Notes: generated by a model from the letters alone, not told the origin. Numbered from the stretch's first letter, positions 16,364 to 25,812 are shown. The stretch: 26,528 nt of DNA from a virus (IMGVR_UViG_2563366972_000005:1-26528); one strand, 5' to 3'. Program-made: numbers and translations.

Positions 16364-16683
16364 GTATGAGTTCAACCCGGTTTATATTGGAGAAAAAAGG
16401 GCGCGGCTGTCGGATTAAAGCCGCGGGACAAAGTCCATGAAGAAGAATAAGTATTGGCCCCCTTCTGGGGACATGTTCATATTACTAAGCATTAAAAATG
16501 GTTTAAATCCTCAGATTAACTTTAATTTCAGATAAGCTTTATTTCATTTCTTCGCGCCACGCCCGGCGCATATCAAAAACCACAGAGCCTTTCAGGGGTG
16601 AGCTTACGGGATGGTCAGTGTGACTTTCTCTGTGGGCTGGTCACCCCCGTGCGGAGGCTCATCCACCAAAAGGAAAAGTCACG

Positions 16684-17109
16684 ATGTTTGGTATTTTCAA
16701 AAAGAAAACCCGCAAGGCCATTACTGAAGTGAAGAAAATGGAGAATCGCGATGCGGTGGAGGCAACCGTCTGGGGTGCGTATTCCATTGCATACGCTGAC
16801 GGCACCTGTGACGCGAAAGAAATCGCGGTACTGGAGAAAACCATTGCAGCACTTCCTTCTTTTGCGCCGTTCTCCGGTGAGATTGCCCAGATGAGTGCCA
16901 ATATCCGCGCCCGTTATGAAGCGTCACCGCGTTCTGCCAATGCCGAAGCTCTTCGTCAGCTGGCTGATGTCGCCGGTACTGATGACGCGGTGAATGTGCT
17001 GTGCCTGTGTCTGGATATCGCTGACCAGGACGGCATTGGTCCGGATGAAGAAGCACAGCTCAAGAAAATTGCACAGGCGTTGCAGTTGCCGCTGGAGCAG
17101 TACCTGTGA
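16684..17109 (+). CDS. TerB-like protein (tellurite-resistance TerB family fold)
   Basis: 141 aa; pattern resembles E. coli TerB throughout (N-terminal AVEATVWGAYSIAYADG..., C-terminal DGIGPDEEAQLKKIAQALQLP versus TerB DGNFDDDEKSAVREIARSLGFDP); AAGGAAAAG RBS. Confidence 0.7.
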   Translation: MFGIFKKKTRKAITEVKKMENRDAVEATVWGAYSIAYADGTCDAKEIAVLEKTIAALPSFAPFSGEIAQMSANIRARYEASPRSANAEALRQLADVAGTDDAVNVLCLCLDIADQDGIGPDEEAQLKKIAQALQLPLEQYL

Positions 17110-17258
17110 AAAGTGCGCGCCTTGTGCTGGCTGCCATCCTGCTGTTTCTGGTAGTGGCGGTGGATTTCACCGGACGGCTGATGTCGGTGCTGGCAGATGG
17201 TGTGCTGGTGGCGATGGCGCTGGTTGTGCTCCGACCTTTACTGCGCAAATCTGAATAA
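17106..17258 (+). CDS. Small membrane peptide (50 aa, VKSARLVLAAILLFLVVAVDFTGRLMSVLADGVLVAMALVVLRPLLRKSE); not in the ORF track
   Basis: Hand-translated; GTG start overlaps the TerB-like stop (GTGA); two hydrophobic segments; followed by tandem hairpin terminators. Confidence 0.3.
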   Translation: MKSARLVLAAILLFLVVAVDFTGRLMSVLADGVLVAMALVVLRPLLRKSE

Positions 17259-17310
17259 CACCACACAAAAGGCATCTGCGGGTGCCTTTGACGGGGTGTT
17301 GTTTTTTTAC

Positions 17311-17334
17311 GGGCCGCTGGTGGCCCTTTTTTCT
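17311..17334 (+). terminator. Rho-independent terminator (GGGCC-GCTGGT-GGCCC plus TTTTTTCTTT), preceded by a second hairpin at 17271-17290
   Basis: Read from sequence; separates the TerB-like pair from the lysis cassette. Confidence 0.6.
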
Positions 17335-17350
17335 TTACAGGAGAAAATGT

Positions 17351-17743
17351 ATGTCTGAACCCTTATCCGGTTCTGGTACAGCCGCTGCGCTCGGCGGGGC
17401 GACGGTATTCGGACTGTTTACCGGGACGGATTTCGGGATTGTGTTTGGGGCGTTCGCCGGAGCGTTGTTTGTGGCAACGATGCCGCAGGCGCTTTCAGCC
17501 TGGCGGGTGGCGGCACATTTTCTGGTGTCGTTCATTGTCGGCGTGCTGGGAGCGCGCGTGCTGTCAGCCTGGATTGCAGCAAAAACAGGTTATGACGGTA
17601 CATCGGCGGATGCACTGTGTGCGGTGCTGGTATCGGTGGTGTCGGTAAAGATTCTGTCGTTTATCCACCAACAGGATATCGCATCACTGGTGTCCGGCCT
17701 GTTCTCCCGCTTGCGTGGCGGAGGAGGCGGCAATGTTAAGTAA
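17351..17743 (+). CDS. Holin-like membrane protein
   Basis: 130 aa from ATG 17351 (AGGAG 7 nt upstream); Gly/Ala-rich TM helices (GATVFGLFTGTDFGIVFGAFAGALFVA...); first gene of the lysis cassette. Confidence 0.65.
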   Translation: MSEPLSGSGTAAALGGATVFGLFTGTDFGIVFGAFAGALFVATMPQALSAWRVAAHFLVSFIVGVLGARVLSAWIAAKTGYDGTSADALCAVLVSVVSVKILSFIHQQDIASLVSGLFSRLRGGGGGNVK

Positions 17744-18008
17744 CCTTCCCGGATTGCTGAATGTGGCGTTATGCACGGTTATCGTGCTGACGCTCTTTTT
17801 TTATCGCCGTCGTGATTCCAGACATAAACCGCTGATGTCATGGCTGGCCTGGCTGTTGATGTTGCTTTATGCCTTAACGCCTCTCAGCTATCTGTGTGGT
17901 CGCCCGTTAGCAACGGGCTGGCTGGAAGTGTTTTTTAATCTGTTGTTCTGCGTGCTGGTAATACGTGCTCGCGGGAACGTTTCAAAAATCCTTTCATCCC
18001 GGAGGTGA
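17733..18008 (+). CDS. Second lysis-cassette membrane protein (holin/antiholin-like)
   Basis: 91 aa from ATG 17733 (GGAGG upstream); 2-3 hydrophobic helices; lies between holin and endolysin. Confidence 0.55.
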   Translation: MLSNLPGLLNVALCTVIVLTLFFYRRRDSRHKPLMSWLAWLLMLLYALTPLSYLCGRPLATGWLEVFFNLLFCVLVIRARGNVSKILSSRR

Positions 18009-18010
18009 AC

Positions 18011-18388
18011 ATGTCGGGTAAATTCAGATTCAGTCGTCGGAGCGAGAAAAATCTGGAGGGCGTCAAACCACAACTGGTTGCCGTGGTTCGCCGTGCGCTG
18101 GAACTGACGGAGGTTGATTTCGGTATTACGGAAGGCCTGCGCAGTAAGTATCGCCAGAAACAGCTGGTCGCGGAAGGGAAAAGCCAGACCATGAACAGCC
18201 GCCACCTGACCGGTGATGCGGTGGATGTTGTGGCCTACATTGGTAGCCAGGTGTCATGGGACTGGCCTCTGTACGAGAAAATCGCGCAGGCATTTAAGCA
18301 GGCTGCCGCAGAGCTGGGGACTGCCATCGAATGGGGCGGGGACTGGAAAACACTGAAAGACGGACCTCACTTTCAGTTGAAACGCTGA
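18011..18388 (+). CDS. Endolysin, peptidase M15 family (L-alanyl-D-glutamate / D-Ala-D-Ala peptidase fold)
   Basis: 125 aa from ATG 18011 (GGAGGTGA upstream); motifs GITEGLRS...Q...G.S...SRHLTGDAVDV and WGGDW are typical of M15 peptidase endolysins. Confidence 0.82.
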   Translation: MSGKFRFSRRSEKNLEGVKPQLVAVVRRALELTEVDFGITEGLRSKYRQKQLVAEGKSQTMNSRHLTGDAVDVVAYIGSQVSWDWPLYEKIAQAFKQAAAELGTAIEWGGDWKTLKDGPHFQLKR

Positions 18389-18402
18389 TAACCAGGTGTG
18401 TT

Positions 18403-18585
18403 ATGAGCAGAAAACACTGGACACACAGAATGCCGCGAACGGCGGCGAAATGGGCACTGGTAGCGATACTGGTGCCTTTTTTATTGGTGGGATGCGTCAG
18501 CCTGGATAAGGCGAGCCGGCTTTTCGATACCGCGTCTCAGGTCTGCCAGCTTATTGATGACGTTCGACGGTGTACGCAGAACTGA
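18403..18585 (+). CDS. Small lipoprotein (lipobox LLVGC), possibly lysis-associated
   Basis: 60 aa from ATG 18403 (AGGTG upstream); signal peptide plus lipobox; sits where Rz/Rz1 would be expected but lacks a proline-rich Rz1-like mature region. Confidence 0.5.
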   Translation: MSRKHWTHRMPRTAAKWALVAILVPFLLVGCVSLDKASRLFDTASQVCQLIDDVRRCTQN

Positions 18586-18759
18586 TCGCCGGTAAGAGCA
18601 GAACATTTTTCTGAAAAATGAAGGGTGTGCCTGCGTGTAGAAAGCATGAAATTCTGTGTTTATGGTTATTCAATAAAATAAATTCTTTCTTTCGCCGCGA
18701 ATACTCAAATGTTGATCAGCGCCTGGTGCGGCGACGGGCTTCGATATCAGGAGACGATG

Positions 18760-19056
18760 ATGGAAAAAACAGAAAACAAACCGATTGTAATTGGTGCTGA
18801 TGCTGCTCCGTTTAAGTTTGAGTTGTCTCAACTGGTGGAGATGCGCATCAGTGATGAATGGGGTGAGGTTAAAGCCCGCGCGCAGTATGCGGATGGCGAA
18901 AACCAGTACTTAATCCACTACAAAGCAGCTGATGGTCGCGCCACGACAGAGTGGTTTGGTGAGTCAATGCTGGAAGCAACAGAAGATGATCGCCATCCGG
19001 GCTGTCCGGTATTTGCCGGTATGAAATTACCGGAAGGCGCAGTCGTGACTGAATAA
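18760..19056 (+). CDS. Hypothetical acidic protein
   Basis: 98 aa from ATG 18760 (AGGAGA 5 nt upstream). Confidence 0.5.
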   Translation: MEKTENKPIVIGADAAPFKFELSQLVEMRISDEWGEVKARAQYADGENQYLIHYKAADGRATTEWFGESMLEATEDDRHPGCPVFAGMKLPEGAVVTE

Positions 19057-19149
19057 CAGGTATTACAGCAGTTCTTCGGTGATGGGCTGCTGTAATGCAG
19101 GTGTTAGAGTGTGTGTAAATGATGATTGCTCCCATTTTCACGGGTCCTT

Positions 19150-19330
19150 TCCAGAACCTGAAACACCGGGGGGATGCGGACGCGCAGAAATCGCCAAATT
19201 TTTGCATTTTCATTCGTCATCATCATCTTGTTAACTACATGATATTTATTGTTAATTTATTTCTTCTATGTCGAAATTGGTGTTTTTTTATTCGACAACA
19301 TAAAACTCGTCGTGACCTTGGTTTTTTATG
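19150..19330. other. Putative cos region (cosN/cosB-like) upstream of the terminase small subunit
   Basis: GC-rich element CCGGGGGGATGCGGACGCGC followed by AT-rich segment containing TTCGTCAT (also in lambda cosB R3) and the inverted repeat GTCGAA...TTCGAC; same position as lambda cos. Confidence 0.35.
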
Positions 19331-19343
19331 TGTCTGGTGAATT

Positions 19344-19841
19344 ATGGATCGTGAACTGAAGAATCTTGCACTCAACATCAGTCAGGTAGCTGCTCTGTCT
19401 GGGTTACACCGACAAACGGTGTCTGAAAGGTTAAAAAAAATTAAAACCACGGGTGGGCACGACAAACTTAAGTTGTACAAACTCACTGATATTCTGGCTG
19501 AGTTATTGAAGTTGCCACCGCCGGTCGCTGAAGGGGAAATGGATCCCCATGACCGAAAAGCCTGGTATCAGTCAGAACGGGAACGTCTGAAATTCGAACA
19601 GGAGGTCGGAGAACTGATCCCTGCGTCTGATGTCGCCCGTGAATTTGCTGAAATGGCAAAGGCTATGGTGCAGGTTCTGGAAACCCTCCCCGATATTCTT
19701 GAACGCGATTGCGCTCTTGAGCCTTCGGCTGTCATGCGGGTGCAAAGCATTATTGATGATCTGCGTGACGAAATTGCGCGGCGGGTGGCAGATGACAGCA
19801 AACAGGAAGATACAGAGGAGGAAAATCAGGAGGACGAATAA
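19344..19841 (+). CDS. Terminase small subunit (Nu1-like)
   Basis: 165 aa; N-terminal HTH-like segment (LALNISQVAALSGLHRQTVSERLKK), acidic C-terminus; stop overlaps TerL start (TAATG). Confidence 0.72.
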   Translation: MDRELKNLALNISQVAALSGLHRQTVSERLKKIKTTGGHDKLKLYKLTDILAELLKLPPPVAEGEMDPHDRKAWYQSERERLKFEQEVGELIPASDVAREFAEMAKAMVQVLETLPDILERDCALEPSAVMRVQSIIDDLRDEIARRVADDSKQEDTEEENQEDE

Positions 19842-21958
19842 TGCCTGTGCAGGCGACCGCCAGATCGTTGAAACTGGATACAGGCCAGTTAATTAAAGCG
19901 CCGCGCAGAATGCCTGTTGCCGAAGCGGTACAAAAATTTATGCGAGTCCCTACATCTGGTGGCAACTCTGTTCCGTGGGATCCGATGGTTGCGCCGTATG
20001 TGATTGACCCCATGAACTGCCTGTCGTCCCGTGAGTTTGATGCGGTTGTTTTTGTTGGCCCTGCCCGTACGGGTAAGACTAACGGCCTGATTGATGGCTG
20101 GGTGGTTTATAACATTGTCTGCGATCCGTCGGACTTTTTGCTGGTGCAGATGACGCAGGATAAGGCGCAGGAGCACTCCAAAAAGCGCCTGGCAAGAACA
20201 TTTCGTTGCAGCCCGGAGGTCAGAAAACGCCTCAGCCCACGCCGTAACGATAACAACGTTCATGACAAATATTTTCTGTCAGGCAGCTTCCTGAAAATCG
20301 GCTGGCCTTCCATCAATGTCATGTCATCCTCTGATTTTAAATGTGTTGCGCTGACTGATTACGACCGATTTCCTGAAGATATCAATGGCGAAGGTGATGG
20401 TTTCTCTCTGGCTTCAAAACGTACCACCACATTTATGTCAGCTGGTATGACGCTGGTGGAGAGTTCCCCTGGGCGTGAGATCACAAACAGCAAATGGCGC
20501 AGAACGTCACCGCATGAAGCCCCGCCCACCACGGGGATCCTTTCTCTGTATAACCGTGGCGATCGTCGTCGCTGGTACTGGCCCTGTCCTGATTGTGGTG
20601 ATTATTTTCAGCCATCAATGGAGGCTATGACGGGATATCGTGACAATCCTGATCCTGTAAAAGCCAGTGAATCGGCTCATATATTGTGTCCGCATTGTGG
20701 CAGTCAAATCACTGCAGATATGAAACGTGAACTGAATGGTCGCGGCGTCTGGTTGCGTGAAGGTGAGCAGATTGACAGAGAAGGGAATGTTACCGGAACG
20801 CCACGTCATTCAAGGATAGCCAGCTTCTGGATGGAAGGGCCGGCTGCTGCGTATCAGACCTGGGCGCAACTGGTTTACAAACTACTGACTGCTGAGCAGG
20901 AATATGAAGCCACAGGCAGTGAGGAAACGCTGAAGGCGGTGATTAACACCGACTGGGGATTACCTTATTTGCCTCGTTCCGCAATGGAGTTGCGCAGTGC
21001 AGATGTTCTGATGCAGCGGGCTGAGGATTACGGTAAGCGTCTGGTACCGCCGAAAGTGCGTTTTCTTATTGCGGCGGTGGACGTGCAGGGCGGGAAGAAC
21101 CGACGGTTTGTGGTGCAGATTATTGGTTATGGCGAGGACGGTGAACGCTGGCTGGTGGACCGTTATAACATCCGACAGTCATTGCGCTGCGATGAAAATG
21201 GCGAAGCATTACCTGTGCATCCCGGGGCTTATCCTGAAGACTGGCAGTTGCTGGTCACCGATGTACTGGAGAAAACGTATCCGCTCCAGTCCGATCCGGC
21301 CCGCAGAATGCCTGTACTGGCAATGGCGGTGGACAGTGGTGGTGAAGACGGGGTGACGGATAACGCCTATAAATTCTGGCGAAAATGTCGTCAGGATGGA
21401 CTGGGGCGACGGGTTTTTCTGGTAAAGGGAGACAGCACGAAACGCCAGAAAATTATCACCATCACACACCCGGATAATACCGGGCGAAGCGATCGCCGTG
21501 CGGATGCTCAGGGAAAGGTGCCGGTATATCTCCTGCAGACAGACCTGCTGAAAGATCAACTAAGCAATAACCTGCAACGTGAAATGCCCGGACCGGGCTA
21601 CATTCATTTTCCTGACTGGCTCGGGGAGTGGTTTTATGAAGAGTTGACCTATGAGGAACGCGGTGCTGACGGGAAATGGCGCAAGCCGGGAAAAGGGAAT
21701 AACGAAGCGTTTGACCTTTTTTGCTATGCCCATGCCGTCGCCATTCTGCGTGGCTATGAAAAAATCCGTGACTGGAGCAACCCTCCCCAGTGGGCAAGAG
21801 GGCAGGATGCTGACGCGGGTGCTTCGGCAGACAGACGTTCTTCCGGCACAGTGGACAAGAAAAACGTTGCCGGAAGAGATGAGCGGCAAAAAGCAGCGTC
21901 GCCGGAAGCGTTATCCGGAAACTGGTTATCACTACCCCGAAACGGAGGATGGTTGTGA
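19841..21958 (+). CDS. Terminase large subunit, lambda gpA-like
   Basis: 705 aa; Walker A-like VGPARTGKT; size and position match lambda A. Confidence 0.88.
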   Translation: MPVQATARSLKLDTGQLIKAPRRMPVAEAVQKFMRVPTSGGNSVPWDPMVAPYVIDPMNCLSSREFDAVVFVGPARTGKTNGLIDGWVVYNIVCDPSDFLLVQMTQDKAQEHSKKRLARTFRCSPEVRKRLSPRRNDNNVHDKYFLSGSFLKIGWPSINVMSSSDFKCVALTDYDRFPEDINGEGDGFSLASKRTTTFMSAGMTLVESSPGREITNSKWRRTSPHEAPPTTGILSLYNRGDRRRWYWPCPDCGDYFQPSMEAMTGYRDNPDPVKASESAHILCPHCGSQITADMKRELNGRGVWLREGEQIDREGNVTGTPRHSRIASFWMEGPAAAYQTWAQLVYKLLTAEQEYEATGSEETLKAVINTDWGLPYLPRSAMELRSADVLMQRAEDYGKRLVPPKVRFLIAAVDVQGGKNRRFVVQIIGYGEDGERWLVDRYNIRQSLRCDENGEALPVHPGAYPEDWQLLVTDVLEKTYPLQSDPARRMPVLAMAVDSGGEDGVTDNAYKFWRKCRQDGLGRRVFLVKGDSTKRQKIITITHPDNTGRSDRRADAQGKVPVYLLQTDLLKDQLSNNLQREMPGPGYIHFPDWLGEWFYEELTYEERGADGKWRKPGKGNNEAFDLFCYAHAVAILRGYEKIRDWSNPPQWARGQDADAGASADRRSSGTVDKKNVAGRDERQKAASPEALSGNWLSLPRNGGWL

Positions 21959-22173
21959 AAAAAGATGAGATTTTCCAGATGCTGGTTATCGTGCGTCAGG
22001 CATACAGGGATTCCCTGGATGGTAAAAGTGTGTCTTTTACCGGGGTGAATGGCAGGGCGATCACCAACCATGATCCTGTTGCATTGCGCAGGGAGCTTGA
22101 ATACTGGGAAAAACGCTGGGCGGCGGCCTGCCAGCCCACAAGGAAACCGTACAAACTCGCCCGTTTCTCCTGA
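21949..22173 (+). CDS. Head-tail joining protein, gpW-like
   Basis: ~72 aa; position between terminase and portal and size match lambda W; probable GTG start at 21955 with GGAGG 6 nt upstream. Confidence 0.65.
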   Translation: MVVKKDEIFQMLVIVRQAYRDSLDGKSVSFTGVNGRAITNHDPVALRRELEYWEKRWAAACQPTRKPYKLARFS

Positions 22174-22181
22174 GGTTTTTT

Positions 22182-23693
22182 ATGGGTTTTTTTGATAAAG
22201 CACTTGGCGCAATTGCGCCAGGGTGGGCGGTTTCGCGCGCCAGAAACAAAATGCTGCTGAGAGCTTATGAGGCGGCGCAGCCTTCACGCCTGAATAAAGC
22301 CCGGCGCGAGAGTCGCTCTGCCGAGACTGCGGTTTTTTCTGCCGGTACCTCGTTAAGGGAGCAGGCCAGGGCACTGGATGAAGATCACGATATCGTGATT
22401 GGTCTGCTGGATAAGCTGGAAGAGCGGGTTATTGGTGCGCAGGGGATCCAGGTTGAACCACAACCACTGAGAAGCGATGGCACCCTGCATGAATCGCTGG
22501 CAGAGCAGATCTCGGCATTGTGGTCTGAATGGTCTGTTCGCCCTGAGGTCACGGGGATGTTCACCCGCCCGGAGGCTGAACGGATGGCGTTGCGGTCTGC
22601 TTTGCGCGATGGTGAGATGTTCGTACAACTGGTGCGTGGTCCTGTCGCCGGTCTGAATCATTCCACTGTGGTGCCATTATCTCTGGAACTGCTCGAAGCA
22701 GATTTTGTTCCGGTCAGTCTGAACACGAATGCGGGTCAGCAAGTCCGTCAGGGCATTATTCTTAACAACTGGGGACGACCCGTAGGGTATCGGGTTTATA
22801 AATACCATCCTGCAAATATGCGCGGATTCAGCGCCGATCTCAAAACTGTTCACGCAGACAGCATGCTTCATCTGGCGATGCGGAAACGGCTTCATCAGGT
22901 GAGAGGTGTCAGCCTGTTACATGGTGTGATTCGCCGGATTGCTGACCTGAAAGATTACGAAGAATCAGAGCGTGTGGCTGCCCGTATTGCTGCCGCGCTG
23001 GGTTTCTACATTAAGCGTGGTGATGCCGCCAGCTTTCCGACGGATAACGACTGGACACCCACAGAACAAAAACCCCGGTACTTTGATATTTCACCGGGCA
23101 TGATTTTTGACGAACTGGCCCCCGGTGAAGATCTGGGGATGGTGGAGTCGAATCGTCCGAATGTTCATCTTTATGAATTCCGGAACGGGCAGTTGCGTGC
23201 TGTGGCTGCCGGAACCCGTGGCAGTTATTCCAGTATTGCCCGTGACTATAACGGTTCCTACAGTTCGCAGCGCCAGGAGCTGGTGGAAAGTTACGAAGGC
23301 TACGGGGTTTTACAGCAGTGGTTTGTCGGTCAGTACAGTCGCCCGGTGTACCGGGCATGGCTGGAGCAGGCAATACCTTTTCTTGATATTCCTCCTGATG
23401 TGGATATGTCCACACTTTTCAATGCCACTTATCTTGGGCCAGTGATGCCGTGGATTGATCCGGTGAAGGAGGCTGCAGCATGGCGGGCCATTCTTCGCGG
23501 TGGTGCCGGGACGGAGGCCGAGTGGATACGTGCCCGTGGGCAGTCACCGCAGGAGGTCAAACGTCAGCGACTGCGTGAAACTGAATTTAACCGGGAAAAC
23601 GGGCTGGTGTTCGATTCTGACGCCGCTAACGATAAAGGAGCGATCCCTGATGCAGCAAATGATAACCCCGCGTCTTCGCGGGACGATGATTAA
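22182..23693 (+). CDS. Portal protein, lambda gpB-like
   Basis: 503 aa; size and position after the W-like gene; acidic C-terminus. Confidence 0.85.
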   Translation: MGFFDKALGAIAPGWAVSRARNKMLLRAYEAAQPSRLNKARRESRSAETAVFSAGTSLREQARALDEDHDIVIGLLDKLEERVIGAQGIQVEPQPLRSDGTLHESLAEQISALWSEWSVRPEVTGMFTRPEAERMALRSALRDGEMFVQLVRGPVAGLNHSTVVPLSLELLEADFVPVSLNTNAGQQVRQGIILNNWGRPVGYRVYKYHPANMRGFSADLKTVHADSMLHLAMRKRLHQVRGVSLLHGVIRRIADLKDYEESERVAARIAAALGFYIKRGDAASFPTDNDWTPTEQKPRYFDISPGMIFDELAPGEDLGMVESNRPNVHLYEFRNGQLRAVAAGTRGSYSSIARDYNGSYSSQRQELVESYEGYGVLQQWFVGQYSRPVYRAWLEQAIPFLDIPPDVDMSTLFNATYLGPVMPWIDPVKEAAAWRAILRGGAGTEAEWIRARGQSPQEVKRQRLRETEFNRENGLVFDSDAANDKGAIPDAANDNPASSRDDD

Positions 23694-25740
23694 TCCCCGC
23701 GCCAGCCTTGCGGGGGTGGATGCCGCTAATGGTCAGTGCTGGTATGAAATCCGTGCACAGGCTGCCTGGCGGGTGGAAATTTACCTCTATGACGTGATTG
23801 GCGGATGGGGCATCACCGCGCAGCAGTTTATTGCTGACTGTAAGGATGCGGGGGTGTTTGAGGCCAGCGCTATTGATCTGCATATCCACAGCCCGGGCGG
23901 TGATGTGATGCAGGGGTTTGCCATCTTTAACACGCTGTCACGGCTGAAAGCGAAGGTGGATATCTGGGTGGATGGTGTTGCAGCCAGCATGGCCTCCATG
24001 ATTGTCTGCCTGCCTGGCGCCACAGTGCATATGCCTGAAAATTCCTGGCTGATGGTGCACAAGCCGTGGGGCGGGATCGCCGGTGATTCCGATGATATGC
24101 GTGATTATGCCGACTGGCTGGATCGCAATGAGCAGCTGATGCTGTCAGCCTACATGAATAAAACCGGACTCGGGCAGGAGGAGCTGGAAGCCATGCTGAA
24201 AGCAGAAACCTGGATGAACGGTGCAGAAGCCGTGGAAAAAGGCTTCGCTGATACGCTTGAACCTGAATTACAGGCTGCGGCCTGTGTGAATCAAAATAAA
24301 CTGAAGGATTACCATAATATGCCAGAACAGCTTAACGCGCTTTTTGCTCCGCGTGCAGAAACGACGAACGGACAGCAGCAGGAACCGAAAACAGCCCCGC
24401 AAAATGCACAACAGACAACTGCTCAGCAGGTGCCATCAACCGGAAATGTGGATATCAGCGCAATTGCTTCGCAAGTTCAGCAACAACTGATGGCAGCCAA
24501 TGCGGAACGTGTGCAGGCTGTAACTGCAATCTTTGCCTCTTTCCCGTCTTATGCCGACCTGAAAGCGGAGTGCCTGAACGACATGACCTGTACGGAAGCA
24601 CAGGCCCGTGAAAAACTGTTGCAGGCGCTGGCAGCCGGAACGACACCAAGTGCAGGTCCGGGAGCCATTCATATTCATGCCGGGAACGGTAATCTGGTTG
24701 GCGATTCTATTCGTGCGGCTGTCATGGCGCGCGCCGGATATGCTGAAGCAGAAAAAGACAATGCCTATAACGGCTTTACACTGCGTGAACTGGCGCGTGC
24801 CTCGCTGGTTGATCGTGGCATCGGTATTTCCGGACATTCCGCGCCCATGGCGATGGTCGGGCTGGCATTTACCCACAGCAGCAGCGATTTCGGCAATATC
24901 CTGATGGATGTGGCTCATAAAGCTGCGTTGCAGGGCTGGGATGATGCCAGCGAAAATTTTGACAAATGGACCCGCAAGGGAACGCTGACTGATTTTAAAA
25001 CCGCGCATCGTGTCGGGCTGGAAATTTTCCCGACGCTACGAAAAGTATTGCCGGGGGCTGAATATAAATATGTGACCCTGAAAGATCGTGGCGAACCGAT
25101 TGCACTGGCGACTTATGGTGAATTGTTCAGCATTGATCGCCAGACCATCATCAATGATGACCTGGATATGCTGACCCGTATTCCGATGGCAATGGGGGCG
25201 GCAGCGCGTACTACCGTGGGTGATCTGGTCTGGGCCGTGTTGACCAGTAATCCGAAAATGTCGGATGGCAAACCGCTGTTCCATGCAGATCATGGCAACC
25301 TTGTGACTGCCGATTTGTCTATTGAGGGGCTGGATTCCGGGCGTAAAGCCATGCTGCTCCAGAAATCGGGTGACCGTCGCCTGAACATTCGTCCTGCTTT
25401 TATGTTGACGCCTGTTGCCATTGAGTCACGTGCCAATCAACTGATTAAGTCTGCCAGCGTGCCCGGTGCAGATGCGAACAGCGGCATTATTAACCCGATT
25501 CAGAATTTTGCCACGGTTCTGTCAGAGGCCCGTCTTGATGACAGCAGCCCGACGGATTATTACCTGGTGGCAGCGCAGGGGCGTGACACGATTGAAGTGG
25601 CTTATCTCGACGGTATTGATACGCCGTATCTGGAGCAGCAACAGGGCTTTACGGTTGATGGCGCAGCATTCAAGGTGCGCATTGATGCCGGAGTGGCACC
25701 GCTTGACTGGCGTGGCATGGTCAAAGTGAAAAAACAATAA
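23650..25740 (+). CDS. Single ORF encoding ClpP-like (S14) prohead protease, Gln/Ala-rich scaffold-like linker and C-terminal major capsid protein domain
   Basis: 696 aa from ATG 23650 (AAAGGAG 9 nt upstream); ClpP landmarks HIHSPGGDVMQG, GVAASMASMI (Ser), MVHKPWGG (His); low-complexity linker; ~340 aa C-terminal domain; no separate capsid gene follows. Confidence 0.8.
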   Translation: MQQMITPRLRGTMINPRASLAGVDAANGQCWYEIRAQAAWRVEIYLYDVIGGWGITAQQFIADCKDAGVFEASAIDLHIHSPGGDVMQGFAIFNTLSRLKAKVDIWVDGVAASMASMIVCLPGATVHMPENSWLMVHKPWGGIAGDSDDMRDYADWLDRNEQLMLSAYMNKTGLGQEELEAMLKAETWMNGAEAVEKGFADTLEPELQAAACVNQNKLKDYHNMPEQLNALFAPRAETTNGQQQEPKTAPQNAQQTTAQQVPSTGNVDISAIASQVQQQLMAANAERVQAVTAIFASFPSYADLKAECLNDMTCTEAQAREKLLQALAAGTTPSAGPGAIHIHAGNGNLVGDSIRAAVMARAGYAEAEKDNAYNGFTLRELARASLVDRGIGISGHSAPMAMVGLAFTHSSSDFGNILMDVAHKAALQGWDDASENFDKWTRKGTLTDFKTAHRVGLEIFPTLRKVLPGAEYKYVTLKDRGEPIALATYGELFSIDRQTIINDDLDMLTRIPMAMGAAARTTVGDLVWAVLTSNPKMSDGKPLFHADHGNLVTADLSIEGLDSGRKAMLLQKSGDRRLNIRPAFMLTPVAIESRANQLIKSASVPGADANSGIINPIQNFATVLSEARLDDSSPTDYYLVAAQGRDTIEVAYLDGIDTPYLEQQQGFTVDGAAFKVRIDAGVAPLDWRGMVKVKKQ

Positions 25741-25812
25741 ATAACCGCCGGGCAGGGCGGTTTTTTTATGGCTGAAGCGGCGCACCGGGCGCCGCATTTA
25801 CCGGAGAAGAAA

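Noticed and set aside
16721-17275. Cys/Arg-rich ORFs overlapping the TerB-like gene on both strands
   Set aside because: Alternative-frame shadows of a convincingly coding frame; compositionally implausible.
23500-23649. N-terminal 50-codon extension of the protease-capsid ORF
   Set aside because: Overlaps the portal gene in another frame; the ATG at 23650 has a proper AAAGGAG RBS.
19889-25293. Numerous antisense or nested ORFs within terminase, portal and capsid genes
   Set aside because: All lie within long, well-supported structural gene frames and lack start signals.
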